Source of the DNA: Camelus dromedarius
Taxonomy: Eukaryota
DNA: 64,000 nt
Assembly (NCBI RefSeq): GCF_036321535.1
Contig: NC_087437.1
Span: forward strand, 67,582,001-67,646,000
Direction of reading: 5' to 3'
In this document: in pieces, positions 13,691 to 26,352 of the stretch
Layout of the letters: each line of letters opens with the position of its first letter
How positions within the stretch are numbered: the stretch's first letter is position 1
Notes under the pieces: generated by a model
What the model saw: the letters and a program-made list of their open reading frames with translations, nothing else
Told to the model about the DNA's origin: nothing
Databases searched by the model: none
Made by a program: the position numbers and the translations under genes

Positions 13691-13959
13691 GGTTTACTAT
13701 TCTAACAGCTGTGTATAAAGACTTTCAAGCAATCAGTTTATATTAGACCCCATATTCCCATGTGCCTCAGAGTGCTGAGTCTGGAGGCTGTATAGCACTG
13801 ATGGGATCAGTTATTAAAAATATCCCCCCATTGAAGGCAGAGTAGTAAGATGACTATTATTCCTCTTGTTTTGTGTTTCTGACTCTCAAAAGTACATTTA
13901 TAACTTAGATTGATTTTTGTTTCTTCTCTTTTCTTTGTCTCTGGGATTGATGGGTTTTG

Positions 13960-16120
13960 TCTTGCCTCCAGTGCACCAGCAATTTCTTGATTTTTCCTCC
14001 CTGATTAGCATGATGTCATCAGTATTATAAATCAGTGTGGTGTTCTGAATGGTGTCCAGCTTGTCCTGATCTCTTTAGGCTATATTATGACATGTATATT
14101 CTTGTCTATTCCAAGTGCATTCAAACTCATTTTTGAAAATAGAGACATAAAACAGTGCGTTCACCTGATCAGTGGCTGCACACCAGGCACCTGAGGCCAT
14201 GTTAAGCTTCCGTAGCAAAGACACCACGCTGGACACAGCAGCTGCACACTGAGCTACTTAGTTGAATTTTTGGTAATTTACTCTCATCTTCTCTGATTCA
14301 TTCAGTTTTTACAGGAGTCACACTGATAAGTTAAATGTATATATTACGGAAACACCACCCCTTTATTCTAGGTTTTAAATTTAAACATTAATTTCTGCCA
14401 TTTCTCTCCTACCTCCAGGGTCATGAATATTAACTTAAGTAAATAGTCATAGGCCCCTTTGGGGAAAGAATGGGTGAATGGCTGCACATGTTTTGCTGAG
14501 TGAAGAATACCATATATTCTTCTTGCTTGGCACCTGGCTTTTCCTTGAGATAGTGCATTCTGGGTGTGAAAATAGGCTCACGTCCAAAAACTGGGCAAAG
14601 AATCAAAAACTGTTGTTTGGTGATTGTCCTCACCTTCCTTTGATTTCTTTGATTACATAGAATGAGTAGTTCCCTTACTGGCTGCTTATCTATTTTGCTC
14701 TGGGGTTGCTATATTCTATTAAAAATCACTGTAACTCTCTGTGGGTCAGAACCCTCAGCTGTGCCTTGAACCTCATGAAAGACACCTGGGATCTGATGGT
14801 TAAGCCCCACTACCTGGCTTCCATTGCTTTGGGGTCCTATAAATACTCTTGGCATTAAATCTGTATAGTAATTCCTACATAAGGTACAGCCTACAGGGGA
14901 GAACCAATACTGAGAATGTTAGCGACGTTGGTGCTCTCTTTACCCGGCGAATCTTTATTGCTTTGGTAAATGGTACAGTCTTTGGGCACTACTATAGAGT
15001 ACAGTAGAACCTCTGCTGGACTTTCTGACCTTTAATAGTATATCCACTTTAGCAGGCCCACTTCTCTGAGTCTTTTAATCCCTTTTTCTACTGTCTGCAT
15101 TGGAGTTTTTGCATTCACTTTGTGCTGACCATCACTTTTCTCAAACTTTTAGCAGCCATCCTAGCAGCATGTTCAGCCCATGTTCTGGAATTCTTGCCAG
15201 TGTGTCCCATTTCCTGAGAGAGTGCTCTAAACAGGGTTGGCTTTTCATTATCAAACCTTCTGTTCCACAGCCCTTGATCAAGATCCTTCAGAATCCAGTC
15301 TCATACAGATTCTCCCAGTCTTTGCCAGTACATGCAGGTTAGGTCCTGTAGACCTTTTAGCATGTAGACCTTTTCCTACATAATCAGACTTAGCTCATCT
15401 CTGGTCAGGCTATGTTATGATGTAACTCTAGTTATTAGCCTAGTGGCCAGGAGAAGAGTTGGGGATGATCCTGAAGTTGGCATATGTTGTGTGTGTGTTT
15501 GGGAGGAGGTTTGCATCATTTTTAAACAAAAAGGGAGTACCAGTCCTTAAGAGGGAGGAGTGAGCAACTTCTGTAGGCTCAGGCGGTTCAGGGAATCAAG
15601 GAAATCAAAGTTTCTGTGTAATTCAACTTAGCTGCCCCCTGTGTCATGGTCCTGAAATCCCCGAGCCAGGGTCTAGACCTTGGACCAGCAGGCTTACTCG
15701 GGCTGAGAGCTTACCCTCTGGAGGCTCTGCTGCTCTTGTGATTAAGTTCTGGGTAAGTTCTCATCTTTTTCTGCTGTCCTGTTTTTTAAACTACCAAGGA
15801 GGCTCTTAGCTTTTAGCTGTGATTAATCACTTTTAGCTTTTCATTGTCTTCAGTTGAGTTTAGCAACAGTCACTCAATTTCACTGTCCTTACAGTTATTA
15901 TATCCCACACATTACTTAAAGTCCTGATGCATTATACTGCTAGTGTATTCACTGTTACCAGTATATCATCCCAGGTCACCACTGGTAAAGATTTTAACAA
16001 TTGCACTGCTACCCTGTAGTGGGACTGTCAGTACTCCACCTTAAGAAGTTACCAGTTTTTCATCACCAGCCAGATGATGGATGATCCAGTCTACTTTCTT
16101 GGACCACTCCAGGCACCAAT
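13960..16120 (-). mobile_element. Internal region of a degraded ERVL-class provirus (gag and partial pol; ERV3-16A3/ERVL-E-like)
   Basis: Minus-strand translations match ERVL proteins. gag: MYWQRLGESV*DWILKDLDQG (~15270-15335) and PKTVPFTKAIKIRRVKRAPTSLTFSVL (~14905-14985). pol: AAAVSSVVSLLRKLNMASGAWCAATDQVNAL (~14153-14245) and CHNIA*RDQDKLDTIQNTTLIYNTDDIMLI (~14000-14092), where catalytic YIDD has become NTDD at 14015-14026. Confidence 0.85.
16104..16118 (-). promoter_or_regulatory. tRNA-Leu-type primer binding site of the ERVL provirus
   Basis: Minus strand tggtgcctggagtgg begins 2 nt after the LTR end; ERVL elements prime with tRNA-Leu. Confidence 0.7.
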
Positions 16121-16550
16121 TGTCACAGATTGAATTTCCAAGGAAGCACATTCTGAGATGGAGATGAGCAGCAGGAGATTTCTTAGGAATGTTCTGGAGA
16201 GTGACATCTAAGGAAGGGAGGGCCCAAAAGCAGAATTAGATAAAAAGAAGTTGAACTGAAATGTAGTCTCAACAGAGAACTTTTGAGAATGAATTCTCAA
16301 TGAGTATCTCTGAAGCTGAGATAACCCTTCACTTGGTCTTGAGTTTGAGGAAAGGAGTCAGATATTTATACCTTACAATGGTGAGTCATTAGATATGATT
16401 ACCCTTAGGAAATGGGCATGACCCTGGGTGAGATGTATCTCTTCAGTTGAAGTAATCCCCCAAGGGGTGTAAAAACTGAGTCTTTCCTCAAGGCAAGACT
16501 TTTCCTCCAATGAAAGGGGATCTAAGAAAGACTTCATAGTATTCACCACA
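16121..16550 (-). mobile_element. LTR16A-like ERVL 5' LTR
   Basis: Plus strand tgtcacagattgaatttccaaggaagcacattctgagatggagat...ggggatct...attcaccaca matches antisense LTR16A; TG...CA termini; adjacent PBS. Confidence 0.8.
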
Positions 16551-16554
16551 CACA

Positions 16555-17990
16555 GAAATGAAAAGGGACAAGTATATTCAAGACAATCATGAAAAATAAA
16601 AACTTAAGGATGTATACAGGCAGATATCAAGACCTACTTTAAAGTTGTAGTAATTAAATTATTATAGTATTGGTGTAAGAATAGGTAAATAGACCGTTGA
16701 AATAGAAAGAGGAGTCTAGAAATCAACACACATATATATAAGCGCTTGACTTATGATGATAAAGTTGGCATTATAATGAGTTTGTGAAAGTGTATCTTTT
16801 CAAAAATGGTGTTGAACCACTTAGATATCCATATGGAAAAAAATGAATCTTGACATCCAAATTCAGACCATACAAAACATTCAATTCCAGATGGAATGTG
16901 AAGGAGCTGAATATAGAGGCTAAAAATTAAAGTGTGCAGGAAAAAAATCACAGGAGAATGTCTTCATGCAACTAAGTGAGACTTAAAGCACTAGTCATAA
17001 AAAAAAGTCAATTTGATTATTTGTACTATCAAAATTAAGATACTTTGTTCATCATAACATACCAAAAACCTTTAAAGATTGTGGGATAAACTACAGAATG
17101 GAAGATACTTGATACAAAAATATATTTAAGTAAGTCATATCCAAAAATATGTGAAGAACCTGAGAAAATCTATAAGAAAAAGTTAGAAACTGATTTTAAA
17201 ATTGGACAAACAACTTAAACAGGCACTTCACTAAAGGTGATATTCCCAGTGGCAAATTAATATACGAAAAAGGAGTTCAACCTCATTTCTTATCTGGGTA
17301 TTGCAAGTTAAAATTTACAGTGATGTATTTCAACATGCTTACCTGAATGGCTAGAATTAAAAAGAATTTAATAAATTAAAATAAATGAAGTTAAGGATGT
17401 GAAATAGCTGTCACACTCATATTGCTTGTGAGTGTTGATACAGCCATTTTGGAAAACTATTTGATAGTATCAACTAAAGCTGAACACATATATACTCTAT
17501 CACCCAGTAATTAAATTCCTGTGTGTATTTAAAACAGAACTGTGTATGTTCATAAAAAGACGTGTAGAGGAACATCATAGAATCAGTATTGGTAATAGAC
17601 CTAAACTAACAGGAAACCACCTGAAGGGGCATAAAGAGAAAAGAATGAATAAATAAGCTGAGGTACATTAATACAGTAGGTAAGTATGATCATCAGTAAT
17701 CAAGACACAAAGTAATACATATGGGAAAAAAGGTGTGTCTGTATGTGGGTGTATCTATTTTAAAACCAGAAATTAATATATGCTATTATATATGAGAATA
17801 TTTATTTCCTTTGTGTGAGACTATACTAATTCTATGGGGGCACCAAGATACTTCTAGACAATTGGAAATATTCTCTATCTTGTTCTGGTGCTGATCACAC
17901 AGATGTAAAATTTTACTGAGCTATCCATGTACAATTTCATGTATTATGTTTAATGCCTGTTATACTTAAAGTGTTATTTACAAAAAAATT
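16555..17990 (+). mobile_element. L1ME-like ORF2 3' half plus 3' UTR remnant
   Basis: cagatatcaagacctactttaaagttgtagtaattaaa, tagtattggtgtaagaataggtaaatagacc, cagccattttggaaaactatttgatagtatcaactaaagctgaaca; A-rich end. Confidence 0.75.
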
Positions 17991-18344
17991 GGGAAGGATA
18001 GCCCCTTAACATGAAATAACTATCATTAACATCAAAATGATTTTGTGCTAGTGGTGATCCCAATAATGTCAGGAACCAACAAAAATACCTTCTTTGCTAC
18101 TAGTAGTTAATACTTTTCTGGAAGTCTTATACATGCAATAACTTAGGAAAAATAAATTAGGGATGTAACTATTATGAGGTAGTATCAAAGTTGTCATTAT
18201 TATGTAAATGACATATTTGACAATCTGAGAAAATAAGAGAAGTCACTATAAATTACTGCATTTAATGATAAAGGTGGAAAGGCTGGCTTATTTAAAAACT
18301 ATGTATGTACATATACACCATTGCTGTTTAGTTGCATTAAACTA

Positions 18345-18658
18345 ATAAAAAAAAATAAAATTTGATTTACGAATGTATATAGCAAAACAGAAACAGACTC
18401 ACAGATATAGAAAACAAAATAGTGGTTACCAGTGAGGGAGGGGTAGGGGAGAGGGGTACGTTACGGGTATGAGATTAAGAAATAAAACTCCTATGTATAA
18501 AATAGATAAGCAACAAAGATCTATTGTTTGGCACAGGGAAGGATAGTCATTATCTTATACTAACTTTTAATGGAGGATAAACTGTAAAAATACTGAATCA
18601 ATATGCTGTACACTCAAAACTAATATATTATAAATCAACTATATACTTCAATAAAAAA
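18345..18658 (+). mobile_element. Cetartiodactyl-type L1 3' UTR fragment
   Basis: caaaacagaaacagactcacagatatagaaaacaaaatagtggttaccag...atgctgtacactcaaaactaat...aatcaactatatacttcaataaaaaa. Confidence 0.8.
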
Positions 18659-18709
18659 CCTCACTAGTGAAATTTTTAAAATCATACTAATATATGTATA
18701 TTATAGTAC

Positions 18710-18800
18710 AAGATCCAGTTTATACGTGTTATTATTAATAGTGTTCCCTTTCACTATTAAGGTCTACTGGTTGGAATAAAAAATTATATGGTCATCCTGC
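18710..18800. mobile_element. MER96B-like hAT MITE fragment
   Basis: attattaatagtgttccctttcact...aaattatatggtcatcctg resembles the MER96B terminus. Confidence 0.45.
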
Positions 18801-19590
18801 TAATCAGCAACAGTAAATATAAAATATGTACAAATGAACCTAATAAGAAATGTAAGATAAGTGCAAAAAAACCTACTAAAAATAATGAGTATATAGAGGC
18901 AAATACCAAGACTCAATACTAAAAATATTAATTCTCCATATAGCACAATTTATAATATGATATAATTCCAGTCAAAATATCAACGGATGTTTTTGAACGG
19001 TTTTTAAGATGTTTCTAAAGGTCATCTTGAAAAATTAATGATTATAACATCCCACAAATTCTGAAAATAAAAGAATAATGAGAAGTGGTTTGTACTGGTT
19101 AATATTGAAATGGTATTAGAATGCCAAAGTCATTAAAATAGTTTGGTATGGAATAAGAACTGACTGATTAATTGTACCAAGTAGAAAGCATAAAGATAGA
19201 CCCAACCACATTTATATACAGAATGTGACACAGTTCACATTAAGAAGCTTGCTTACAGAAAGTAAGATGTATTTGGGAAATGGTACATTCTAGATAATTA
19301 AGTAGTTAAAACAAAAAAGGAGACCAACCATAAAATGCCTAGAAAAAAGTGAAGGTGAGGGATTTAGGGAAAATACTGAATGTATAAAAGAAAGACAATA
19401 AATTCTAGAGTTATATTGATATTCTGCATAAATAACCATTAAAATTGGCATGTACTGTAAAGTCATCAGTATTAAAATGAAAATTTTAAAATGAGAGAAT
19501 GCATGTAGAATTTAATGAGATTACTATATAAAATATTTTGGCATTTAGTAACAAAATAGATGAACACACTAATAAAAATAGCCAAAGTAT
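18800..19590 (+). mobile_element. Old L1 ORF2 remnant
   Basis: aagactcaatactaaaaatattaattctcc...ataattccagtcaaaatatcaac, caaagtcattaaaatagtttggtatgg. Confidence 0.55.
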
Positions 19591-19592
19591 AT

Positions 19593-19956
19593 TGCTATGG
19601 ATTAAATATTTGTGTCTTCTCAAAATTCATATTTTCAAACCTTAATCTCCAGTATGATGATATTTGGAGATGGGGTCTTTGAGAGGTAACTATGTCATGA
19701 AAGTGGGCCCTCACAAAAGGCTTAGAGGTCTTATAAGAAGAGACACAGGAGAGCTCGCTTCCTCTCTCTGCTCTCTGCCATGGAAGGATATAGTAAGAAG
19801 GTGACCATCCGCAAACCAGGAAGAGAGCCTTCACCAAGGACCCCAGCATGCTGACAACCTGGTCTCAGACTTCCCAGCCTCTAGAATGGTAAGAAACAAA
19901 TTTCTGTTGTTTAAGCCACCCAATCCGTGGTATTTGTTAATGAACTGACTAAGACA
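19593..19956 (+). mobile_element. MLT1A/MLT1A0 MaLR solo LTR
   Basis: tgctatggattaaatatttgtgtc...caaaattcata; gcaaaccaggaagagagccttcacca; acttcccagcctctagaa; aaatttctgttgtttaagccaccc...gactaagaca. Confidence 0.85.
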
Positions 19957-20479
19957 CAGATGAGCAGATGATTAATAATGACAAAACACCCTGTTACATA
20001 GATCCTTACAAAAATGAAAGATATATTAAGAAAGTGAGAGCGTTCAGTCAATCCATCCTCTTTAATTTAACCCTTAATTGCTTCATCCATGAACTTATGT
20101 AGTTGTTGTAGCACTTTTTAGTTTTGGGAATGGACTTTTTAAAATTTTTAGTAGATCGATTACTCCATTTTGCTTCCACTTCCAATAGAGAGTGGATTTT
20201 GTGTTTTTGATGGCTAAAGAAGAGTGACAAACTCAGAACCAATGATAGTGTTTATAGAGTATTTTTATCCTTACAAAAGCACTTTAATAGCTTTAATTTT
20301 ATTTTATTCTCATGTACATTTTATTGTAAAACTATTTACAAATCCATACTTCTTTTCCTACTACACAATAAAATGAAACCAGAATAGAATATTATGGCCA
20401 CGTCTTTATTTTTAAACATTAGTTTAATTTTAAAATGCTATATTTAAAAAGATATATAGATATGTTAATACTAGGAAGT

Positions 20480-21100
20480 CATAGATGCAGGCAAAATAAT
20501 TATGCTTAATGGTAAATAGAAAAACTTGTAAAAATCTATGAACAGTCATGAACTTCATACCTTTAGTACTATAGACTTGAAACATATTAAGCAAAACCAA
20601 AAAGCTAAGACTTTCAAGAAGAGTTTGACGAAATTCTTACCATATTGTAAACTCTTAATAAACATGTCAGAATCTGATGAATCATGCAAAAAGAAAATTA
20701 GTGAAAATGCAGAAAAATTGAACAACACAATTATCAAGCTTAATACAATTGATTTTCATAAAAAATTTTCCTGAAATAGAGAATAAGCATTATCTTTAAG
20801 CACATATAAAACTGAGTACACATTAGGCCATAAATAATTAAACTTTTAATAATATAAAATAAATAATATCATACACACCAAATTCTTTTAAAAATGCATT
20901 ATGATTAGAAATAGTAATCAAAGTTGCTCAGTAAAATCTGATAAGTTTGGAATCTAAAGACATGCTTTTACATAGTTTATGGCTCAAATAGGAAATCCTA
21001 ATGTAAATAACAAAATACTTAGAAATAATGATCATACCTGTGGGATGAAGCTTCAATTTAGAGGATACATGTAGCCTTAAATCCAGTTGTTAAAAATAAT
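20480..21100 (+). mobile_element. Old L1 ORF2 endonuclease-region remnant
   Basis: ISENAEKLNNTIIKL resembles the L1 EN-region 'DLNNTI'; cacattaggccataaa follows. Confidence 0.55.
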
Positions 21101-22463
21101 TATATATAGGATAACAAAATTTAAGACTTTTGCTTTTGTTCAAGAGAACAGAAACTGAATCTCTTACCCTAAAGAATTAGGAAAGTGAACAAGATATATA
21201 AAACAATGATTTTTCAAACACTGGACAACAGGCAGTAAAAGATAGTGAGATGTGAGAAAAGAGTATCAAATAAGGTGAGCTGTATGAGTACCTTCAGTTT
21301 AATGATGGGAGAGGATTTCCAGGCTGCAGAGCAGGGAGTAGGAAGTCAAAATAAGCCCACTGGTTTACAAGACAGAATTCAGATGTTGTAAGGCCAAGGT
21401 GCTGAAATTCACAGGGAAGAATACTGGAGAAAAGAAAATTGCACAGGAAAAGAGTGCTCCAGAGATTTGCACAGGATTCCTCCAGAGTCTTCAGTTGAGT
21501 GCTGACTGGTGCATGTGGGTGAGGAAACTATCAAGGTTGGGGAAATCGGAAAGGATCATGTGAAACAATCCTCACAAAGGGCCAGGGATAGTTGTTATTC
21601 TTACCAGAGTTCTTATCAATCAGAGCCCTGGTGCAAAGGCTATCTGAGGTCTCCTGACAAATCTTAAAAAACAATACTTGAAAAGATCAAATTGTTTCCA
21701 AATAACTGCATAACAGAACAAAGTTCAAAATTATTTAAAGAAATGGCAAAAAAAAAAAAGAATTATCCAAATTATAAACTTGACAGAGTCTGGCATCAAA
21801 TCAAAAATTACCAGGCATGAAAAGAAGCAGAAAAATAAAATAATGATGAGAAAAAGTAATCCATAGAAATAGAACCAGAAATAACAAACATGGGAGACTT
21901 AGCAGACAAGAACATTAAATACATGATATAAATATATACCATCTGCTCAATATGAACAGGAAAGCATGAGCCTGTTAAACAGAGACATGGAAGATATGAA
22001 GATTAAAAAAAGGGCCCGAATCAAGCTTCTAGAGATAAAATTTAGACTGTGTAAGATTAAACATACATTAGATGGGTTTAATGGCAGAATAGACATTGTG
22101 GGGGAAAAAAAATGCAGTGCTCTTAAAGACATGGCAATAGAAACTATCCAGAATGACATACAGAGGGAAAGAAGAATGTTTTTGAAAAGAGCAGCAGGGC
22201 AGTGAACTGTGAGAATACATCAAGCATTCTAATATTTGTAATTGGAGTCCCAGAAAGACAATAAGTAAAATTCTAAAGTCACAGATCCAAGAAGCACAAT
22301 GCACCACAATCAGAAGACATCTATACGAAAGCACATCATAACACAGTTGAAATAAACCAGTGATCAGAGAATCTTCAAAGACAGAGGTAGGAAAAAGACC
22401 CATTATACGCAGAAGAAAAAAAAATAATGACAGCAGATTTCTCCTCAAAAATCATGTAAATCA

Positions 22464-22898
22464 TGCTGGAGAGGGTGTGGAGAAAGGGGAACCCTCCTAC
22501 ACTGTTGGTTGAAATGCAGTTTGGTGCAGCCATTGTGGAAAACATTATGGAGATTTCTCAAAAGACTAAAAATAGACTTATCATATGATCCAGCAATCCC
22601 ACTCCTGGACATATATCCAGAGGGAACCCTAATTCAGAAAGACACCTGCACCACAATGTTCATAGCGGCACTATTTACAATAGACAAGATATGGAAACAA
22701 CCTAAATGTCCATTGACAGATGACTGGATAAAGAAGTTGTGGTATATTTATACAATGGAATACTACTTGGCCATAAAGAATAATAAAATAATGCCATTTG
22801 CAGCAACATGGATGGCCCTGGAGAATGTCATTCTATGTAAAGTAAGCCAGAAAGAGAAAGAAAAATACCGTATTATTTCACTCATATGTGGAATCTAA
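22464..22898 (+). pseudogene. L1 ORF2p C-terminal fragment (CCHC zinc knuckle to native stop); open frame but no promoter or start
   Basis: [27 protein letters not shown]...[12 protein letters not shown]...MFIAALFTI...WYIYTMEYY...SLICGI* without stops. Confidence 0.9.
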
Positions 22899-23229
22899 AA
22901 AAATGACAAATGAACTTATTTAAAAAACAGAAACAGATTGAGACATAGAAAACAAACTTATGGTTACTAGGAGAGAAGGGAGTGGGAAGGAATAAATTGA
23001 GAGTTTGAGATTTGCAGATACTGACTGGTATAATATAAAATAGATTAAAAAGTTTATACTGTATAGTACAGGGAACTATATTTGATATCTTGTAGTAGCT
23101 TATAGTGGAAAAGAATATGAAAATGAATATATGTATGTGCATGAATGACTGAAGCATTGTGCTGTACACCAGAAATTGACATAACATTGTAAACTGACTA
23201 TACTTCAATTTAAAAAAGTAAAAAAAAAA
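22464..23229 (+). mobile_element. Young, 5'-truncated camelid-type L1 (ORF2 C-terminus, 3' UTR, poly-A) with 10-bp TSD
   Basis: TSD atgtaaatca at 22454-22463 and 23230-23239; 3' UTR ...gctgtacaccagaaattgacataacattgtaaactgactatacttcaatt plus A-tail. Confidence 0.95.
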
Positions 23230-24929
23230 ATGTAAATCAGAGAAGAGTGGAACAATATCTTTATAATAGAGAAAAAAATTGTCAATTTGAAATTATGCAC
23301 GAAGTGAAAATATCTTTCATAACAAAGATGAAATAATTTGTAAACATAGAGAAGTTTAGAGTATTATCATCAGTTGACTAGAACTATACTACTAACTATT
23401 ATAACTATAAGCAATGTTACAGAGAATCCCTCAATGAGAAGAAAAATAATGCCTGATCCAAACCTGAACAGACATAAAATAATGAAAAGTATCAGAAAAC
23501 GTAAATATATTGGAGCATATCATGTATTTTTCTTATTTTATAAATTCCCATAAAAGATGATTGACTTTTTAAAGAAAATTAATAAAAATGCATTGTAGGT
23601 CTTTACCATAGGTAAAAGTAAAATGTATGACAATGTACAAGGGTAGGAACAGTGAAATGAAATAATGTCCATAGGATAAAGTGGGTTATTTCTTAATGAT
23701 CAAGAAGTCAAGTAAACAAGAGTAGATAACTATCCTAAATTTTTAGGTCTCTACTACCTGCGATTCAAATTACAGGAAACAAAACCTGGTAGCTCTGAAA
23801 GAATTAAATAAGTCAACAATCATAGGTGGAAATTTTAATAATACTTCTACCCCCCACTAACTGACAGAATAATAGAAAATTAGTAAGGCTATAAAATACA
23901 TGAGCAGTGCGAATTAACCACTTTGACTTCATTTACATGTATAAAGCAGTCTGCCTAACAACACCCAACAGCATTCTTTTTAAATGTACCCAAAACATTT
24001 AGTAAGATACATCACATCCTACTCCAAAAAACAAATACCAATAAAATTAAAAGACTTCAGATAACACAAGTTATTTTCTCTGACCACAAAGGAATTAAAT
24101 TAGAAATCAATTACAGAAAGATATCTGGAAATGCCTTAGTATTTAAAATTCAACACTTCTAAATAATCCACAGGTCAAAAAATATTATGATAGAAATTAG
24201 AAAATAGTTAAGGAGAGTGAAAACACATTACGGAAATATTTTAAAATGCAGAACTTGAAGGGAACTTTTATAATATTTAACATTTAGGGTCAGTAGATCT
24301 ATAATCAATGATTTATGCTTCCACCTTAAGAAAACAGATCAGTTTAAACCAAAAGTAATCATTACAAAGAAAATCAATAAAAGCAGAAACCAATGGAATA
24401 CCAAACAAATAAAACAGTAGAGGAAATTGGGGAAACCACAAGTGGGTTCTCAAAGAATATCAACTAAATTCATAATTCTCTAACTAGATAGGTCAGAAAA
24501 CAGAGAGGAAAAATAATATACCAATATCAATAATAAGAGAGCTAGTACATTAACAACAACAACAAAAAAGAGCTAGTACACATTCTATAGATACAGGGAG
24601 GATAACTGAACATTATGAAAGTAATTAAAATGTAAAAGTCAACACTGCAGTGATCTTTGTGGAACCTGACAAGATGAACATATATGGGGTAAATATAATG
24701 GAAGAAAAAAGGAAACTGGATTAGCCAAGAAAATTGAATGAGAATCCAGAAGGAGGACTTGTCCCCACAAGATTTTAAGATATATTACAAAACTGAAGAA
24801 ATATTTAAAAACTGTTTTGATTCAGAGAGAGGAAAAAACCATATCGTTTTAAAGGCAAACCTCAGACTGGGAGATGATATTTGCAGCCTACTTAACTGAT
24901 AAAGGATTGATGTTTGTATACTCAAAGCA

Positions 24930-24980
24930 CAATAAATAAATAAATAAAAAGATAGATGATAGATAGATAGATGGATGATA
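24930..24980. repeat. Compound (AAAT)n/(GATA)n microsatellite
   Basis: aataaataaataaataaaaagatagatgatagatagatagatggatgata. Confidence 0.8.
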
Positions 24981-25380
24981 GGCAACACGATAGCAAGATG
25001 GGTAAAGGGCATGAGCCGGAAATTCACTGAATAGGAATCCCAAGTGGAAAATAAAATATAAAGACAAACCACTAGTAATCAGGGAAAATGAAAATTAAAA
25101 CCACAATGATACACAATTTCACATTTATCAGATTGGAAAAAATAAGTCCTAAATAACAACTGTTGCTAAGAATATGGTAAATGGAAATATTCATGCATTT
25201 CTTCAAGTGAATTGCTTCAAGTGAATATTGGTACAAAGAATGTGTGGATCAATTTTCCTGTATCAAATGAAGCTGATGCTGATTGTATCCACTGATGTAT
25301 ATCTTAATTTTGTTCATTGCTATATCTCCAGGACCTGTATCCATATCTGGTGTGCATTAGGTTCAATTATCTAGGTACCT

Positions 25381-26352
25381 TGTATTCATAATTGTTCTAA
25401 AGTAACCTTTTGCTGTATGACTAACCATCTCCAAAATTCATGGTGTGAGACAACCACTTATTGCTCATGAATCTTTCAGCCAGCAACTTGGGCTGGGACG
25501 GTTCATACCTGCTTTCTCATAATGCCATCTGACTCATTTAAAGGTTTAGGCTTTGACGGGGGTGTGTGGACTTCTCTCCTCAAGCTCTTTGTCATCTTCC
25601 AGGAGAATAGCATGTGTTTTTTCACAGGATGTCAAAAGAGTTCCCAGCAGCAAGAGAGGGAAACCCCTAATGTGCAAGCAGATTTTAATCGTCTCTTTTT
25701 ATCACATTTTTAATCTCCCTTTATCACATTTGCTATTGTGAAGAATGTGAAGGATATGAGATTTTCCTCTTACTTGCAAGCTGACAAATTAGCCTGCTGT
25801 AGTTTTCTGGAAGCTGTCAGAAGATACAAGTCTATTGGTCCAGAGACAAAGAATTTTGTTACTCAGAGCTCAGCAAGCAGCATGAGCATCATGTTCACAT
25901 CTGTTCTTTTTGCCTCCCAAGTCGTATGAGAGTGGCACAGAGGTAGACGCTTCACATGCGTGGGCTCCAGTCACAGCTGAGGGACCCTGAGCTTATAGAA
26001 CCTCAATCTTTTATAACCAGCTGTGAGAAAATCTACCTTTTGCCCTAGAAGACATTGTCTTTACAATACAGGATGTTAGGTAAATCTGTCCTTTGCTCTG
26101 TAGGGAGACCCTGCCTTTATCTTGTAAGGCCTTGTGCTATCCAAACATCCTTGAGAAGATAGTGTGGAATAAAAGGCCAATTAGTGCCTTGCTTATGAGA
26201 TGTGAAGAAATGTGAGAGAGTCATAAAGAATTATCACCAACAACGTATTATTGGCCAAAGAAGTCACAAAGACAAACCTAGAATCAACATGGGAGGACAC
26301 AATACCAGGGCCTGGATACACAGAGGCATGATTCGCTGAGCATCATTACTAC
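25381..26352 (-). mobile_element. MLT1G/H-like MaLR LTR split by an LTR40 insertion
   Basis: Left part: tgtattc...ttgctgtatgactaaccatctccaaaattcatggtg...gcaacttgggctggg. Right part: attggccaaagaagtcaca...gggcctggatacacagaggcatgattc. Confidence 0.7.
25737..26242 (-). mobile_element. LTR40-like ERVL solo LTR
   Basis: tgtgaagaatgtgaaggatatgagattttcctcttacttgcaagctgacaaattagcctgc...aaacatccttgagaagatagt...gaattatcaccaaca matches antisense LTR40; TG...CA termini. Confidence 0.8.

Larger units (their letters stand above)
21130..25290 (+). mobile_element. Old L1M (MC/MD-like) element: 5' UTR, ORF1 and fragmented ORF2, interrupted by a young L1 at 22464-23229
   Basis: ORF1-like LNRDMEDMK...IKLLEIK...LDGFNGRID (21966-22205); aatgacagcagatttctc before the insertion resumes as agagtggaacaatatcttt after it; EN motifs ataggtggaaattttaata and tctgaccacaaaggaattaaattagaaatcaa. 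Confidence 0.7.
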
